From contig CALRGY010000001.1 in NCBI GenBank assembly GCA_943358395.1, forward strand, positions 8,008-72,007: 64,000 bases of DNA, in the 5' to 3' direction. How positions within the stretch are numbered: the first letter of the stretch is position 1; the number at the start of each line of letters is the position of its first letter. The stretch comes from Candidatus Uhrbacteria bacterium. Lineage in GTDB: Bacteria; Patescibacteriota; Patescibacteriia; UBA9934. The notes under the pieces were generated by a model, which was not told where the DNA came from, did no database searches, and worked only from the letters and a program-made list of their open reading frames with translations. Below are positions 50,851-59,586 of the stretch, piece by piece. A program made the translations under genes and the position numbers.

Positions 50851-51976
50851 ACCGTCGGCGAAGAGCGAAATATGCCCAAACGCAACCGCACACTACCGCA
50901 AGCAGTAGCCCGATCACGCATAAAACCAACGGATTCTCTAAGTGAAAAAATGAAACGTCAATCACCTGCGCATCGGAAAGCACACTGCCATCTGCGTTCA
51001 CAATAGCGAGTGTGACGGTATACGTTCCTGGCCCGGAAAAGGCGTGGGTAATATGCGGCTGCACGCTGGTGGCGCCATCACCAAAATCCCAGCTCAACTG
51101 CACACCACTTTTCGGCTGCTCCACTACCGTAAATTCATACGTCCGCCAATCAGTCTGCCACGTGGTAAACCGGGCAAACGGTGATACAACAAGCTTCGAA
51201 ATCGATGCAAAAGGATTAAACTTTGATGCCTCGACAGCAGCCGATGACGGAGCGGTGGTTTGCGAAGTCACCGTAGCCGGATTCGATGATGCAGAGGCGG
51301 TGCTCGGAGTTTGCGATGAAACGGTTGGTGCTGATGACGCTGGTATCGGCGTTGCCGGCGTTGGGGAAACAGCAGGCGTTGGCACAACAATCCCAGTCAC
51401 CGTTGCATCTTCCGGCGCAGGGTCGTCGCCATCTATTACGCCATCATTGTCGTCATCCACATCGCACACGTCACCCTTCCCATCACCGTCTGCATCACGC
51501 TGATCTGCATTCGCGTCATTCACACACGTATCTTGTTCATCGATGATGCCGTCCCGATCTGCATCAGAAATTGCGGTGTACAAGGGCGTAATCGCCGAAT
51601 CATTCTCCGCATTCACATCCTGGGGCGTAGAGCCCTGCAGCACCGCGCGAATGTTAAATGTGCCAGTAGGCACTGTAAAATCAACAAAAACATCGTCTGG
51701 GTTCCCATTCGCACGCAAGGAAACCGCCTGCGATTGCCCAATAACCATTCCCCCCTGGTAAAACAGCACCGATGCCGTGGTATCAACATCCCCCACATTC
51801 CGTATCCTGGCATAAATCCGAATCGTATCGCCGGCATAAAGCGTCGGCACCGAAAAGGAAATATGATTCGCATCGAGCGCAAGATCGGGGGACGAAGCCC
51901 GTGCACCAAGCGGAATCGTAAGAACGATCATGGAAACGCCGATGATCCAAGAACGAAATCGATGAGATTGAAGCAT
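50825..51976 (-). CDS. Surface protein: CARDB-like + TSP3 repeats + PKD + C-terminal TM
   Basis: IRNVGDVD, DADGDGKGDVCD, P/T/S linker, WDFGDG..HAFSGPGTYTVTL. Confidence 0.8.
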   Translation of the reverse strand: MLQSHRFRSWIIGVSMIVLTIPLGARASSPDLALDANHISFSVPTLYAGDTIRIYARIRNVGDVDTTASVLFYQGGMVIGQSQAVSLRANGNPDDVFVDFTVPTGTFNIRAVLQGSTPQDVNAENDSAITPLYTAISDADRDGIIDEQDTCVNDANADQRDADGDGKGDVCDVDDDNDGVIDGDDPAPEDATVTGIVVPTPAVSPTPATPIPASSAPTVSSQTPSTASASSNPATVTSQTTAPSSAAVEASKFNPFASISKLVVSPFARFTTWQTDWRTYEFTVVEQPKSGVQLSWDFGDGATSVQPHITHAFSGPGTYTVTLAIVNADGSVLSDAQVIDVSFFHLENPLVLCVIGLLLAVVCGCVWAYFALRRRYDQEAFHE

Positions 51977-51997
51977 AGTAAAGAAATGAAAATCGTC

Positions 51998-52122
51998 TAG
52001 AAACAGATTATTTTCGACCAGTTTCGGTGCGCATCGAGGAAATGTCGTGAGACGTACTTCATGGTACGTTGAACGACTTTCCGATGATGCAAGCCGAAAA
52101 TGGGCAAAATAATCCGTTTCTA
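51998..52122 (+). mobile_element. HP125 copy 8; terminal CTA is the pduL stop
   Basis: TAGAAACAGATTATTTT...AAAATAATCCGTTTCTA, 125 bp. Confidence 0.85.
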
Positions 52123-52701
52123 GTGTTGAATATCCCTGATTCGAACATGCGCACCGGAATGCAGCCACATCTCACGAGCAAGATCCTGATGAATATGCAA
52201 ACGAGCACGATACGTTGGATGCACCCGAACAATCACCCCCTCGATGACGCACGTGGCATCCCCAACCACGTCCACCCGCACCACCGCACCATGTGCAAGC
52301 CGCAACGCCGTTGCTTCACTATCGGAAAGATGCAAATGCGGTTTTGGAACAATCACCGATGCCTGAGCATCAACAGTGCCATGCGCAGTACGCAAACGGC
52401 AGGGCTTCGCTGCAGCCAAGTCGCCAGACTTTGCCAGCGGCGCATCAATCCCCAGGAGTCGCGCTTCCGTAGGCGTAAGCTCTACCTGCGTTGCTTTCCG
52501 GTGCGGCCCCAGCACCCGCAACGTCACACACTCTCCATTCGCCCCAATCACATCCACCATTTCCGCATACGCAAACTGCCCAGCCTGCGAAAGCTCGTAC
52601 CGCACCGTCCCCGCATTCCCCTCACCAAAAAGCACCTCATGATGCGCCGCCGAAACATGCACATGCGACGGAATAACTTCTACAGGAATAGGACGAGACA
52701 T
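52120..52701 (-). CDS. pduL: PduL-family phosphotransacylase
   Basis: SHVHVS, LSQAGQFA, RVLGPHRKATQVEL, SGDL, HLHLS. Confidence 0.85.
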   Translation of the reverse strand: MSRPIPVEVIPSHVHVSAAHHEVLFGEGNAGTVRYELSQAGQFAYAEMVDVIGANGECVTLRVLGPHRKATQVELTPTEARLLGIDAPLAKSGDLAAAKPCRLRTAHGTVDAQASVIVPKPHLHLSDSEATALRLAHGAVVRVDVVGDATCVIEGVIVRVHPTYRARLHIHQDLAREMWLHSGAHVRIRDIQH

Positions 52702-52727
52702 ACCGGAAAAGTATATCACGGCATGGA

Positions 52728-53441
52728 CTACTTCTTCTCCTCATACCCAAACCCATATTTAAACTTGTCTCCACGGATAGGGCCGAGGAAGATGAGATGA
52801 AGTTCGGCGAGAATGTATTTGATGCCCATGGAAAAGCGGCCGTCGCGCTCTTGACGACGAGTGGTGACGAAAATTTTCACCGAATCAAGGAATCCAAAGG
52901 TGCTGATCTTTGCCGCTCTGCCGGCATATTCATGGTCTTCACAAAACATAATGGATTCATCGAAACCGCCAATCTTCTCATGCACCGATCGCTGAACAAA
53001 AATGCAAAAGCCCGGGGCATGGGGGTGAAACGCGCCAAGCAGCCGGGCATACCTATTATAAAATTTGTGCACAAACACATCGTACGTATTGCCATCAATC
53101 ACCCCCAAATTACAGGAAGCAATGCCAAATCCTCGTTTATGAAACTCTGCCAACGCCTTCTCCAAAAATTGATCGTCTTGAATAACCACGTCAGCGTCGA
53201 AGAAAAAAATCACCTCCCCCGTCGCAACCTTCGCCCCTCTGTTCCGTCCGGTACTCGGTAAACCCCCATCGACCACTCGAGCACCGTGCTGTTCTGCGAT
53301 CACCCGTGTGTCATCCGTCGAATGCGCATCTGCCACAATAATCTCTTGTGGCTGAAGCGTTTGACGACGTATTGCCTCAAGCACGCCAGGCAAATAGCGC
53401 TGTTCGTTTTTGGTGGGGATGACAATGGAAAGTGTAGGCAT
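52728..53441 (-). CDS. GT2 glycosyltransferase
   Basis: LSIVIPTKNE, VADAHSTD, FFDAD, GGFDE; start trimmed below the tRNA. Confidence 0.9.
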   Translation of the reverse strand: MPTLSIVIPTKNEQRYLPGVLEAIRRQTLQPQEIIVADAHSTDDTRVIAEQHGARVVDGGLPSTGRNRGAKVATGEVIFFFDADVVIQDDQFLEKALAEFHKRGFGIASCNLGVIDGNTYDVFVHKFYNRYARLLGAFHPHAPGFCIFVQRSVHEKIGGFDESIMFCEDHEYAGRAAKISTFGFLDSVKIFVTTRRQERDGRFSMGIKYILAELHLIFLGPIRGDKFKYGFGYEEKK

Positions 53442-53460
53442 AGCAACGTTGTGCATACTG

Positions 53461-53534
53461 TGCGTCTGGCGTGATTCGAACACACGACCTCTTCCTTCGG
53501 AGGGAAGCGCTCTATCCAGCTGAGCTACAAACGC
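53461..53534 (-). tRNA. tRNA-Arg(CCG), CCA not encoded
   Basis: GCGTTTG-TA-GCTC-AGCTGGATA-GAGC-G-CTTCC-CTCCGAA-GGAAG-AGGTC-GTGTG-TTCGAAT-CACGC-CAGACGC-A cloverleaf. Confidence 0.95.
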
Positions 53535-53556
53535 ACGGTCGGCACAACGTCACAGG

Positions 53557-53681
53557 TAGGACTTCCTCATTTTGTCTATTTTCGACTCAGATCATCGGAA
53601 AATTGTTCAACGTACCAGGTAGTACGTCTCACGAATTTTCCTCGATCTTCATCGAAACTAGCCTAAAATGAGAAAGTCCTA
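53557..53681 (-). mobile_element. HP125 copy 9 (reverse); terminal CTA is the TrmH-gene stop
   Basis: TAGGACTTCC...AAAGTCCTA, 125 bp; nearly identical to copy 2. Confidence 0.85.
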
Positions 53682-54116
53682 TTCTTTTCTACTACAGAGA
53701 TACATCGCCACACCGCTTGCGACGGAAACATTCAACGACCGCTTCTTATCCATCGGAATCTCCACAATCCCATCAAGCATAGCACGGGTTGCTGCATCGA
53801 TTCCCTCAACTTCGCTCCCCAGAACCAATGCAAGCTTTTTCACCCCACATTCTGTAATTGGCACTGCGCCCTCTCCGGTTTCCAAGCCCCACACAGCATA
53901 CCCCTCTGCCCGCACCTCGTCGATCACCTCCCGAATCTCCTCCGCCTCCCACGGCACCAAATCCTCTGCTCCTAAAGAAACCTTCGCAATCTCCTTTCGT
54001 GGCGGCACCCCCGTAATTCCCGTCAAATACACCTTTTCCACCCCAAACGCCGCCGCATTCCGCAAAATAGACCCCACATTGTGCAAACTTCGAATATTGT
54101 GCGCGATGATGATCAT
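53679..54116 (-). CDS. SpoU/TrmH RNA methyltransferase
   Basis: HNVGSILR, LVLGSEVEGI, SLNVSVA. Confidence 0.92.
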   Translation of the reverse strand: MIIIAHNIRSLHNVGSILRNAAAFGVEKVYLTGITGVPPRKEIAKVSLGAEDLVPWEAEEIREVIDEVRAEGYAVWGLETGEGAVPITECGVKKLALVLGSEVEGIDAATRAMLDGIVEIPMDKKRSLNVSVASGVAMYLCSRKE

Positions 54117-54119
54117 AAT

Positions 54120-54368
54120 CTACGTAATATGCTCATCAAATTCCTCCTGCGTGCATACACCCCCCTTCACCAACCAATCGCGAAATCCCTTCACGATATA
54201 TTTATTCACCTCTCGGTGACTCAAAGGCAATGGAAACGCCGATCCGGTCGATGCTTGTACTTTGATGTTATGCCGACCTCCCGGGTCAAGAGTGATTCCA
54301 GGCTTCCTCGAAAGCCACTGAAGAAACTGGGAAAGCTTTTTCGATGAAATATTTGCGTATTCCCCCAT
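54120..54368 (-). CDS. HicA-like protein
   Basis: 82 aa, GGRH loop, P.SHREV; adjacent to HicB-like gene. Confidence 0.5.
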   Translation of the reverse strand: MGEYANISSKKLSQFLQWLSRKPGITLDPGGRHNIKVQASTGSAFPLPLSHREVNKYIVKGFRDWLVKGGVCTQEEFDEHIT

Positions 54369-54370
54369 AT

Positions 54371-54784
54371 TTACGCTGCCGTCACCATTTCAGACGGGAA
54401 TGACAATAATCCAAAATTCGACTGCAATACGTCGGAATTCTCCAATTTTTCTCGTTCGATTCGGGAGGGAGCGAAAAGCCCATTCGCAAGAATCACCGTG
54501 GAATATTCTATTGGAACGTTCAGGACAACCAACAATCCTTCGTTGATCATCCGAATAAAATCCTCTGCATTTTTGCCTTGAGTCGGAAATGTTAACGCAC
54601 CAGCCTCGACGTTTCCAACAATATATCCGTCATCTCGCCACCAAGAAACCTGAATATTCGAAGGAAGCTTTTGATAATACGCCACCAAAACCTCTGGAAT
54701 AATTTCCGGAGGCACTACCTTCGATCGAACATGTTTGAACCACGTTTGTATGCGTAAAACGGTTAAAAACATAAAATTCAGCAA
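54371..54784 (-). CDS. HicB-like protein (partial RNase H fold)
   Basis: DDGYIV...PTQGKNAEDFIRMINEG resembles the HicB TQG.T.EE motif; start uncertain. Confidence 0.5.
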   Translation of the reverse strand: MLNFMFLTVLRIQTWFKHVRSKVVPPEIIPEVLVAYYQKLPSNIQVSWWRDDGYIVGNVEAGALTFPTQGKNAEDFIRMINEGLLVVLNVPIEYSTVILANGLFAPSRIEREKLENSDVLQSNFGLLSFPSEMVTAA

Positions 54785-54842
54785 TATATCTTATGTGAAC
54801 CATATCAAAAAAACCGCTTTTCGGCTATCCTCACTGCCATCT

Positions 54843-56021
54843 ATGAACACCCTTTGCCCAAAGCCTGATGTGTGCGGTTCGTGTGGTTGGAGCCATATTC
54901 CGTACGAAAAGCAGTTGCAGCAAAAGCTTTCAGACATTAATGGTTCATTTGCCATCAAAAAGCTTAAGCTCCACGTTGACGACATCTTCGCTTCCCCAAA
55001 AACGTCGCATTATCGCAATCGAATGGACTTTGTTATTAACTTCAAGGGCGAAATGGGGCTACGAGAAAAGGGAAAGTGGTGGAAGGTCATCGACGATCAT
55101 ACGTGCTTTTTGGGCGACGAAAAGATCGAAGCATTGTTCCCCATTGTTCGCGAATGGGTGCAGTCGTCTGGACTTTCATTCTTCGATCGGAAGTCCAACA
55201 TCGGTACCCTTCGCTACGCAGTGATTCGTTCAACAAGCATTGGCGAAACCATGATTATCATCGTCACCAGCGCGCCAAATGGTGAATCGCAAACTGGCGA
55301 GGGGAATGTTTCAATGATCGTAGAAACAAATGATGATACGGTGAAAATCGAGGCTGCACTCGCCGATCTTGCATCCAAGGCCAATACAACAACCCTTGTT
55401 TGGTCGATTAATCACACCATTTCCGACGTCTCCTTTGGTGATGATCTTCGCGTGATCAGTGGCGCAGGCGCGATCAACGAAATCATCGACGGAAAGAAAT
55501 TCCGTATTTCGCCCAACGCGTTCTTCCAAACAAATTCGTACGCTGCGCCGATGCTCCTCTCAACGGTACGCGAATTTGCTGGCGATCTTACGGGAAAAAC
55601 GCTTCTCGATTTGTACTGCGGCACCGGATTCTTTGCCGTGGCTCTTGCCGATGATGCCGCAAAAACCATCGGTGTCGAGCTCGTTCCTGATGCGATTCGC
55701 GACGCACGAGTCAATGCGGAGCTGAATGGAGGAGAGGTCACGTTCCATGACGCAAAGACGGAAAACTTCGACTGGATGGCGCTTGGTGCCGATGTCGTCA
55801 TTCTCGATCCCCCACGTTCCGGCATGCACGATAAAGCCCTTGCCGACGTCATTGCCGCAAAGCCCGCCCGTATTGTCTACATCTCCTGCAACTACAAAAA
55901 CTTCGCCCGCGAAATGGTAGAGCTTTCAAAATACTACACCGTCGAAGCCATCCGCGCCGTCGACATGTTCCCCCACACGCCACACGTGGAATTAGTAACG
56001 GCGTTGGTGTTGAAAAAGTGA
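54843..56021 (+). CDS. rlmD: 23S rRNA m5U1939 methyltransferase RlmD family (no TRAM domain)
   Basis: CGSC, YRNRM, AFFQTN, DLYCGTG, DPPRSG, YISCN, DMFPHTPHVE. Confidence 0.88.
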   Translation: MNTLCPKPDVCGSCGWSHIPYEKQLQQKLSDINGSFAIKKLKLHVDDIFASPKTSHYRNRMDFVINFKGEMGLREKGKWWKVIDDHTCFLGDEKIEALFPIVREWVQSSGLSFFDRKSNIGTLRYAVIRSTSIGETMIIIVTSAPNGESQTGEGNVSMIVETNDDTVKIEAALADLASKANTTTLVWSINHTISDVSFGDDLRVISGAGAINEIIDGKKFRISPNAFFQTNSYAAPMLLSTVREFAGDLTGKTLLDLYCGTGFFAVALADDAAKTIGVELVPDAIRDARVNAELNGGEVTFHDAKTENFDWMALGADVVILDPPRSGMHDKALADVIAAKPARIVYISCNYKNFAREMVELSKYYTVEAIRAVDMFPHTPHVELVTALVLKK

Positions 56022-56924
56022 CCTCTCCCCCATTTATGGGGGAGTCGGAGGGGGAGAGGGAAAGTGAAGTGAGTCTTTGGAGGGGTTAAGTGGTGACAGG
56101 AATCGGAGCAGCCAGATCCTGAGGCTCCGCCGAAGGACCCCGAACGAACCTACTCGTAAACAATTCGGGGCGTGAGGGATGGGAGTCTTGGAAGGGGTTG
56201 TGAGTCCGGACGTGAACCTGGACGTGAACTCTCCTCCATTTATGGGGGAGTTAGGAGGGGGCTGAATCGGAGGGGGTCTCATTTTGAAATGACACCCCCC
56301 CATTTTCGACCTTTTTCAACAGGACACTCTGCCGCGACGTGATCGTGAAATCGGCGAAAAGTGTCTTAAATGGGGACGCACGGAAATCATCAACGGCATA
56401 CGTCATCACTTACCCTGGATCGTTATCATCGGTATCGACCAACGGTTTCTTCTTGCGAATGATTCGCATTAGCAAGAAGCCTCTTTGGAAAACCACATAG
56501 TCAAATTCCGACCTCAAAAACTGATCACCTCAATCGGCTATACACAAAAGAATCAATAAAACATCACGTCGACTGTCTTCATCGGAATCCTCCTCACATA
56601 CGATGATAATAGTCCCTTCTCATCGAATCCCGATCATCATCCCGTCCTCTACATGCAACTCAGTTGCATTAGCAGGACCCCCCTTTTTAAATCGCAACCC
56701 CCTCTGGTTCAGATCCCTCCGATTCACAACCCTTTCAAAGACTCACCTCCCGAATCGTTTACCCGTCAGCTCATTTGAGGTCCTTCCCACTGCGCTAAAG
56801 CTTCGTGGGGACAGGTCGGCGTAGCCTCAGGATCTGGGACGCTCCGATTCCTGTTCTCCCTCCAACCCCATTCAAAGATCACCCTCCTCTCACCGCCTAC
56901 CCCCAACCCCTTCAAAGACTCCCC
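56022..56924. repeat. Large foldback element FB3
   Basis: ACAGGAATCGGAGC..CCAGATCCTGAGGCT.CGCCGA (56096-56133) pairs with 56816-56854; GTAAAC.ATTCGGG..GAGTCTT.GAA.GGGTTGTGA pairs with 56722-56762. Confidence 0.8.
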
Positions 56925-57260
56925 TCACTTTCGATTCTTCCGAGCCAGCGTCACGTGAAGCGTTGCGGCATTAAGCATGGTATTGAAACGTTCGTAATAA
57001 GGGGCATGATCTTTAGGATCAATGCCTTCTATTGTTTTCTGAAACGCTGCCCGCATAAAGTCATTTGCTCGACGAAAATCATGACCAGTGCGCTGGGCAC
57101 TGGAAACAACCTGCTCAAATCGACGAAAAAATATTTCCTCCACAAGAAAATCCTCCGCAGCCTGCATCATCGTCGGCGACTCTTTTGGAGTCAAAGCCTC
57201 AGAAAAAAATTCCTGCGAAGACGGAACACGCGAATCCTCCAATCGCCAAGGCTTTCCCAT
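56925..57260 (-). CDS. Hypothetical protein
   Basis: 111-aa ORF 2 nt downstream of the J-domain gene. Confidence 0.55.
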   Translation of the reverse strand: MGKPWRLEDSRVPSSQEFFSEALTPKESPTMMQAAEDFLVEEIFFRRFEQVVSSAQRTGHDFRRANDFMRAAFQKTIEGIDPKDHAPYYERFNTMLNAATLHVTLARKNRK

Positions 57261-57262
57261 AT

Positions 57263-58060
57263 TTAATCGTCTTCACCAAACTCCCTCACAATCGCCCGCG
57301 CCAACATTGCTTTAAATTGCTCACGCAATGGTTCTCGAGATTTCACACTCATACCTTGAATGACCTGTTCAAACTTCCTCTGCACCTCAACGACTACTCC
57401 TATTCTGGCACCATAATTATTGCCCATGGCACGCATAAATATCTGAGCAAAAGCCTCTGGCTCAAGAAACGCTTCGACGTATTCCCGACAACACGTTTGC
57501 GCCAAATCTTCAAAACGGATCGAAAATGCTACCCGATCCCGGTACGGCACCCCCTCCAAATACGTCTCAAATTCGCCCCGTAACTTGTTCCTGGCATCAA
57601 GAGTGATGCCCTTACAGTCTTTCATCGCATCAGCAAACCGGGCAGAAAAGAAGGTGACATTCAAAAAGTTGCGCATTTGCTGTTCTTTTGGCGAAAGCGC
57701 ATCGATCCCCATCCGCTCGCGGGGTGGCGGAGGTTTCACCGCTTTCCTTGTACGAGAAACCGCCGGAGTCGTATTCTGAAGAGCATCATAAACACGTCGT
57801 TTCTTTTCATCACCGAGAACCTCATAAGCATCGGCAAACGCTCGAAATCGAGCCTCCGCCTCAGGATCATTCGGATGTCGATCGGGATGCGTTTCCATGA
57901 CCGCCTTTCTCCATGCACTTTTGATCGCTCGATCATCTGCGTCTTTTAATACGCCAAGCACAGCATAGTGATCAATCGGTGTATGCAATTCTACCGATGG
58001 CGCATTTCTTCCTCCTTCAAAACCTCTTCCCGATCGAGTCATATATTGCGACGTATTCAT
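57263..58060 (-). CDS. J-domain (DnaJ-like) protein
   Basis: DHYAVLGV, HPD motif, AYEVLGDEKKRRVYD; unknown C-terminal domain. Confidence 0.85.
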   Translation of the reverse strand: MNTSQYMTRSGRGFEGGRNAPSVELHTPIDHYAVLGVLKDADDRAIKSAWRKAVMETHPDRHPNDPEAEARFRAFADAYEVLGDEKKRRVYDALQNTTPAVSRTRKAVKPPPPRERMGIDALSPKEQQMRNFLNVTFFSARFADAMKDCKGITLDARNKLRGEFETYLEGVPYRDRVAFSIRFEDLAQTCCREYVEAFLEPEAFAQIFMRAMGNNYGARIGVVVEVQRKFEQVIQGMSVKSREPLREQFKAMLARAIVREFGEDD

Positions 58061-58135
58061 TGACCAAAACGCACTTTTCCGCTAACATAAGCCCATTATC
58101 TTTTGTTTCATCGTTCATTGCGATGAAGATCACCT

Positions 58136-58990
58136 ATGCTCAAGTCTGGAATGGTTGCGATTGTGGGACGTTCCAATGTGGGAAAATCCACGTTAATCAA
58201 TACGCTCGTTGGTACAAAGGTTGCGATTACCACACCAAAGCCACAAACAACTCGTAGACCTATACAGGGTATCATTACGCGCCAAGAGGGGCAGGTGGTG
58301 TTTGTGGATACTCCTGGCATCATGCAAAAGGCGCGCGACACATTGACGAATAAGCTCAATGCGTACGCCAAGGATTCGCTTCGTGACGTGAATGCTGTCA
58401 TGTACGTCGTCGATCCTACACGTCCCATCGGCGATGAAGAAAAGCAAGCGTTCCGACTCGTCGAAAAAATCACTACCCCAAAATTGCTCGTCATCAACAA
58501 AATCGACGACAAGGCGTCAAAAAACTTCATCGACTACTACCGCGATCTCGCAACGAAATTCGATGCATATGTGGAGGTATCGGCAATGACATCGAAAAAT
58601 ACCGATCTCATCGAGAAGTGGATTTGGGAACAGATGCCAGAAGGCGAATTTTTGTACCCTGAATTCCAACTGACCAGTATGGGCAACGAGGAATGGCTTG
58701 CGGAATTGATCCGTGAAAAACTCTTTCTCCGATTACGAGAAGAGGTTCCCTACTCAACCCACGTTGAAGTGAATAGCATCGATATTCAAGACAACGGCAC
58801 CGTGTTCGTGGACGCAACCATTTATACGCATTCCGAACGGTACAAGCCGATGATCATCGGTGCGGGCGGGCGGGGCATTAAAGAGATTGGTCAGTCGACG
58901 CGTCGGGAGCTGGAGACGGTGACGGGGAAGAAGTACTTTCTTCAGTTGCAGGTTGCGGTTGACTCTCGGTGGGTGGAGCGGATGGAGTAG
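58136..58990 (+). CDS. era: GTPase Era
   Basis: GRSNVGKST, PQTTR, DTPG, NKID, EEVPYS, KH-domain IIGAGG. Confidence 0.96.
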   Translation: MLKSGMVAIVGRSNVGKSTLINTLVGTKVAITTPKPQTTRRPIQGIITRQEGQVVFVDTPGIMQKARDTLTNKLNAYAKDSLRDVNAVMYVVDPTRPIGDEEKQAFRLVEKITTPKLLVINKIDDKASKNFIDYYRDLATKFDAYVEVSAMTSKNTDLIEKWIWEQMPEGEFLYPEFQLTSMGNEEWLAELIREKLFLRLREEVPYSTHVEVNSIDIQDNGTVFVDATIYTHSERYKPMIIGAGGRGIKEIGQSTRRELETVTGKKYFLQLQVAVDSRWVERME

Positions 58991-59189
58991 GTTCAGCAGA
59001 ATCCGACTGAATAATATCGTAAATCGCCTGAACCTTTTCCATAGTCTTCTGGGCGCTTTCAATGGCTGCGGATATTTCCGCAGCTTTTGTTTTTACCGAA
59101 TCCGTCACCGCATGAATCGAAGCAACAGCATCATCCGTGCAGCCAGCACCGAGGAGAGTGAATAGAGTAATGATGAAAATGTATTTCAT
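58878..59189 (-). CDS. Small lipoprotein
   Basis: MKYIFIITLFTLLGAGC lipobox; acidic P/S tail overlaps era antisense. Confidence 0.6.
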   Translation of the reverse strand: MKYIFIITLFTLLGAGCTDDAVASIHAVTDSVKTKAAEISAAIESAQKTMEKVQAIYDIIQSDSAEPTPSAPPTESQPQPATEESTSSPSPSPAPDASTDQSL

Positions 59190-59199
59190 AGTATTGCAT

Positions 59200-59281
59200 C
59201 CCAGACCCTGAGCGCAGCGAAGGGTCTCGCATGGGACTACGGTATGCTCATTTGGGATCCTTCCTATCGTCAGGATCTGGG
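59200..59281. repeat. REP-like inverted doublet
   Basis: CCCAGACCCTGAGCGCAGCGAAGGGTCTC ... GGGATCCTTCCTATCGTCAGGATCTGGG; related to FB3 arm motif. Confidence 0.65.
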
Positions 59282-59283
59282 CT

Positions 59284-59574
59284 TCATGTTCTCGATTCTC
59301 CAATCCCCGCCACTTTCTCCCCCTTTGCCCAGGCCGTCACCGTTACCTCATCGCTGGAGCCACAGATAAAAGCTTTTGTTTCCGTGTTATAAAAAAATGG
59401 CACACCACCGCACAAACCATCATCAATAGCTTCAAGACGCTTGGCATTCTCCGCATTATTCCAAACCTCCAGCTTTTCAATGGTGATTCCGAGGTCGGAT
59501 TCGATCTTCTCGATCATCGGCTTCATTTCAACGCAGTGCGGACACGTGTCACCGTAGAATTCAAGGAGAGACAT
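59284..59574 (-). CDS. Thioredoxin-like protein
   Basis: FYGDTCPHC, CGGVPFFYN. Confidence 0.85.
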   Translation of the reverse strand: MSLLEFYGDTCPHCVEMKPMIEKIESDLGITIEKLEVWNNAENAKRLEAIDDGLCGGVPFFYNTETKAFICGSSDEVTVTAWAKGEKVAGIGESRT

Positions 59575-59586
59575 AATAATTACATT

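Noticed and set aside
53442-53671. GT2 extension to 53483 and ORF 53471-53671
   Set aside because: They overlap tRNA-Arg and HP125 copy 9
56034-56824. Pro-rich ORFs in FB3
   Set aside because: Low-complexity translations of repeat arms
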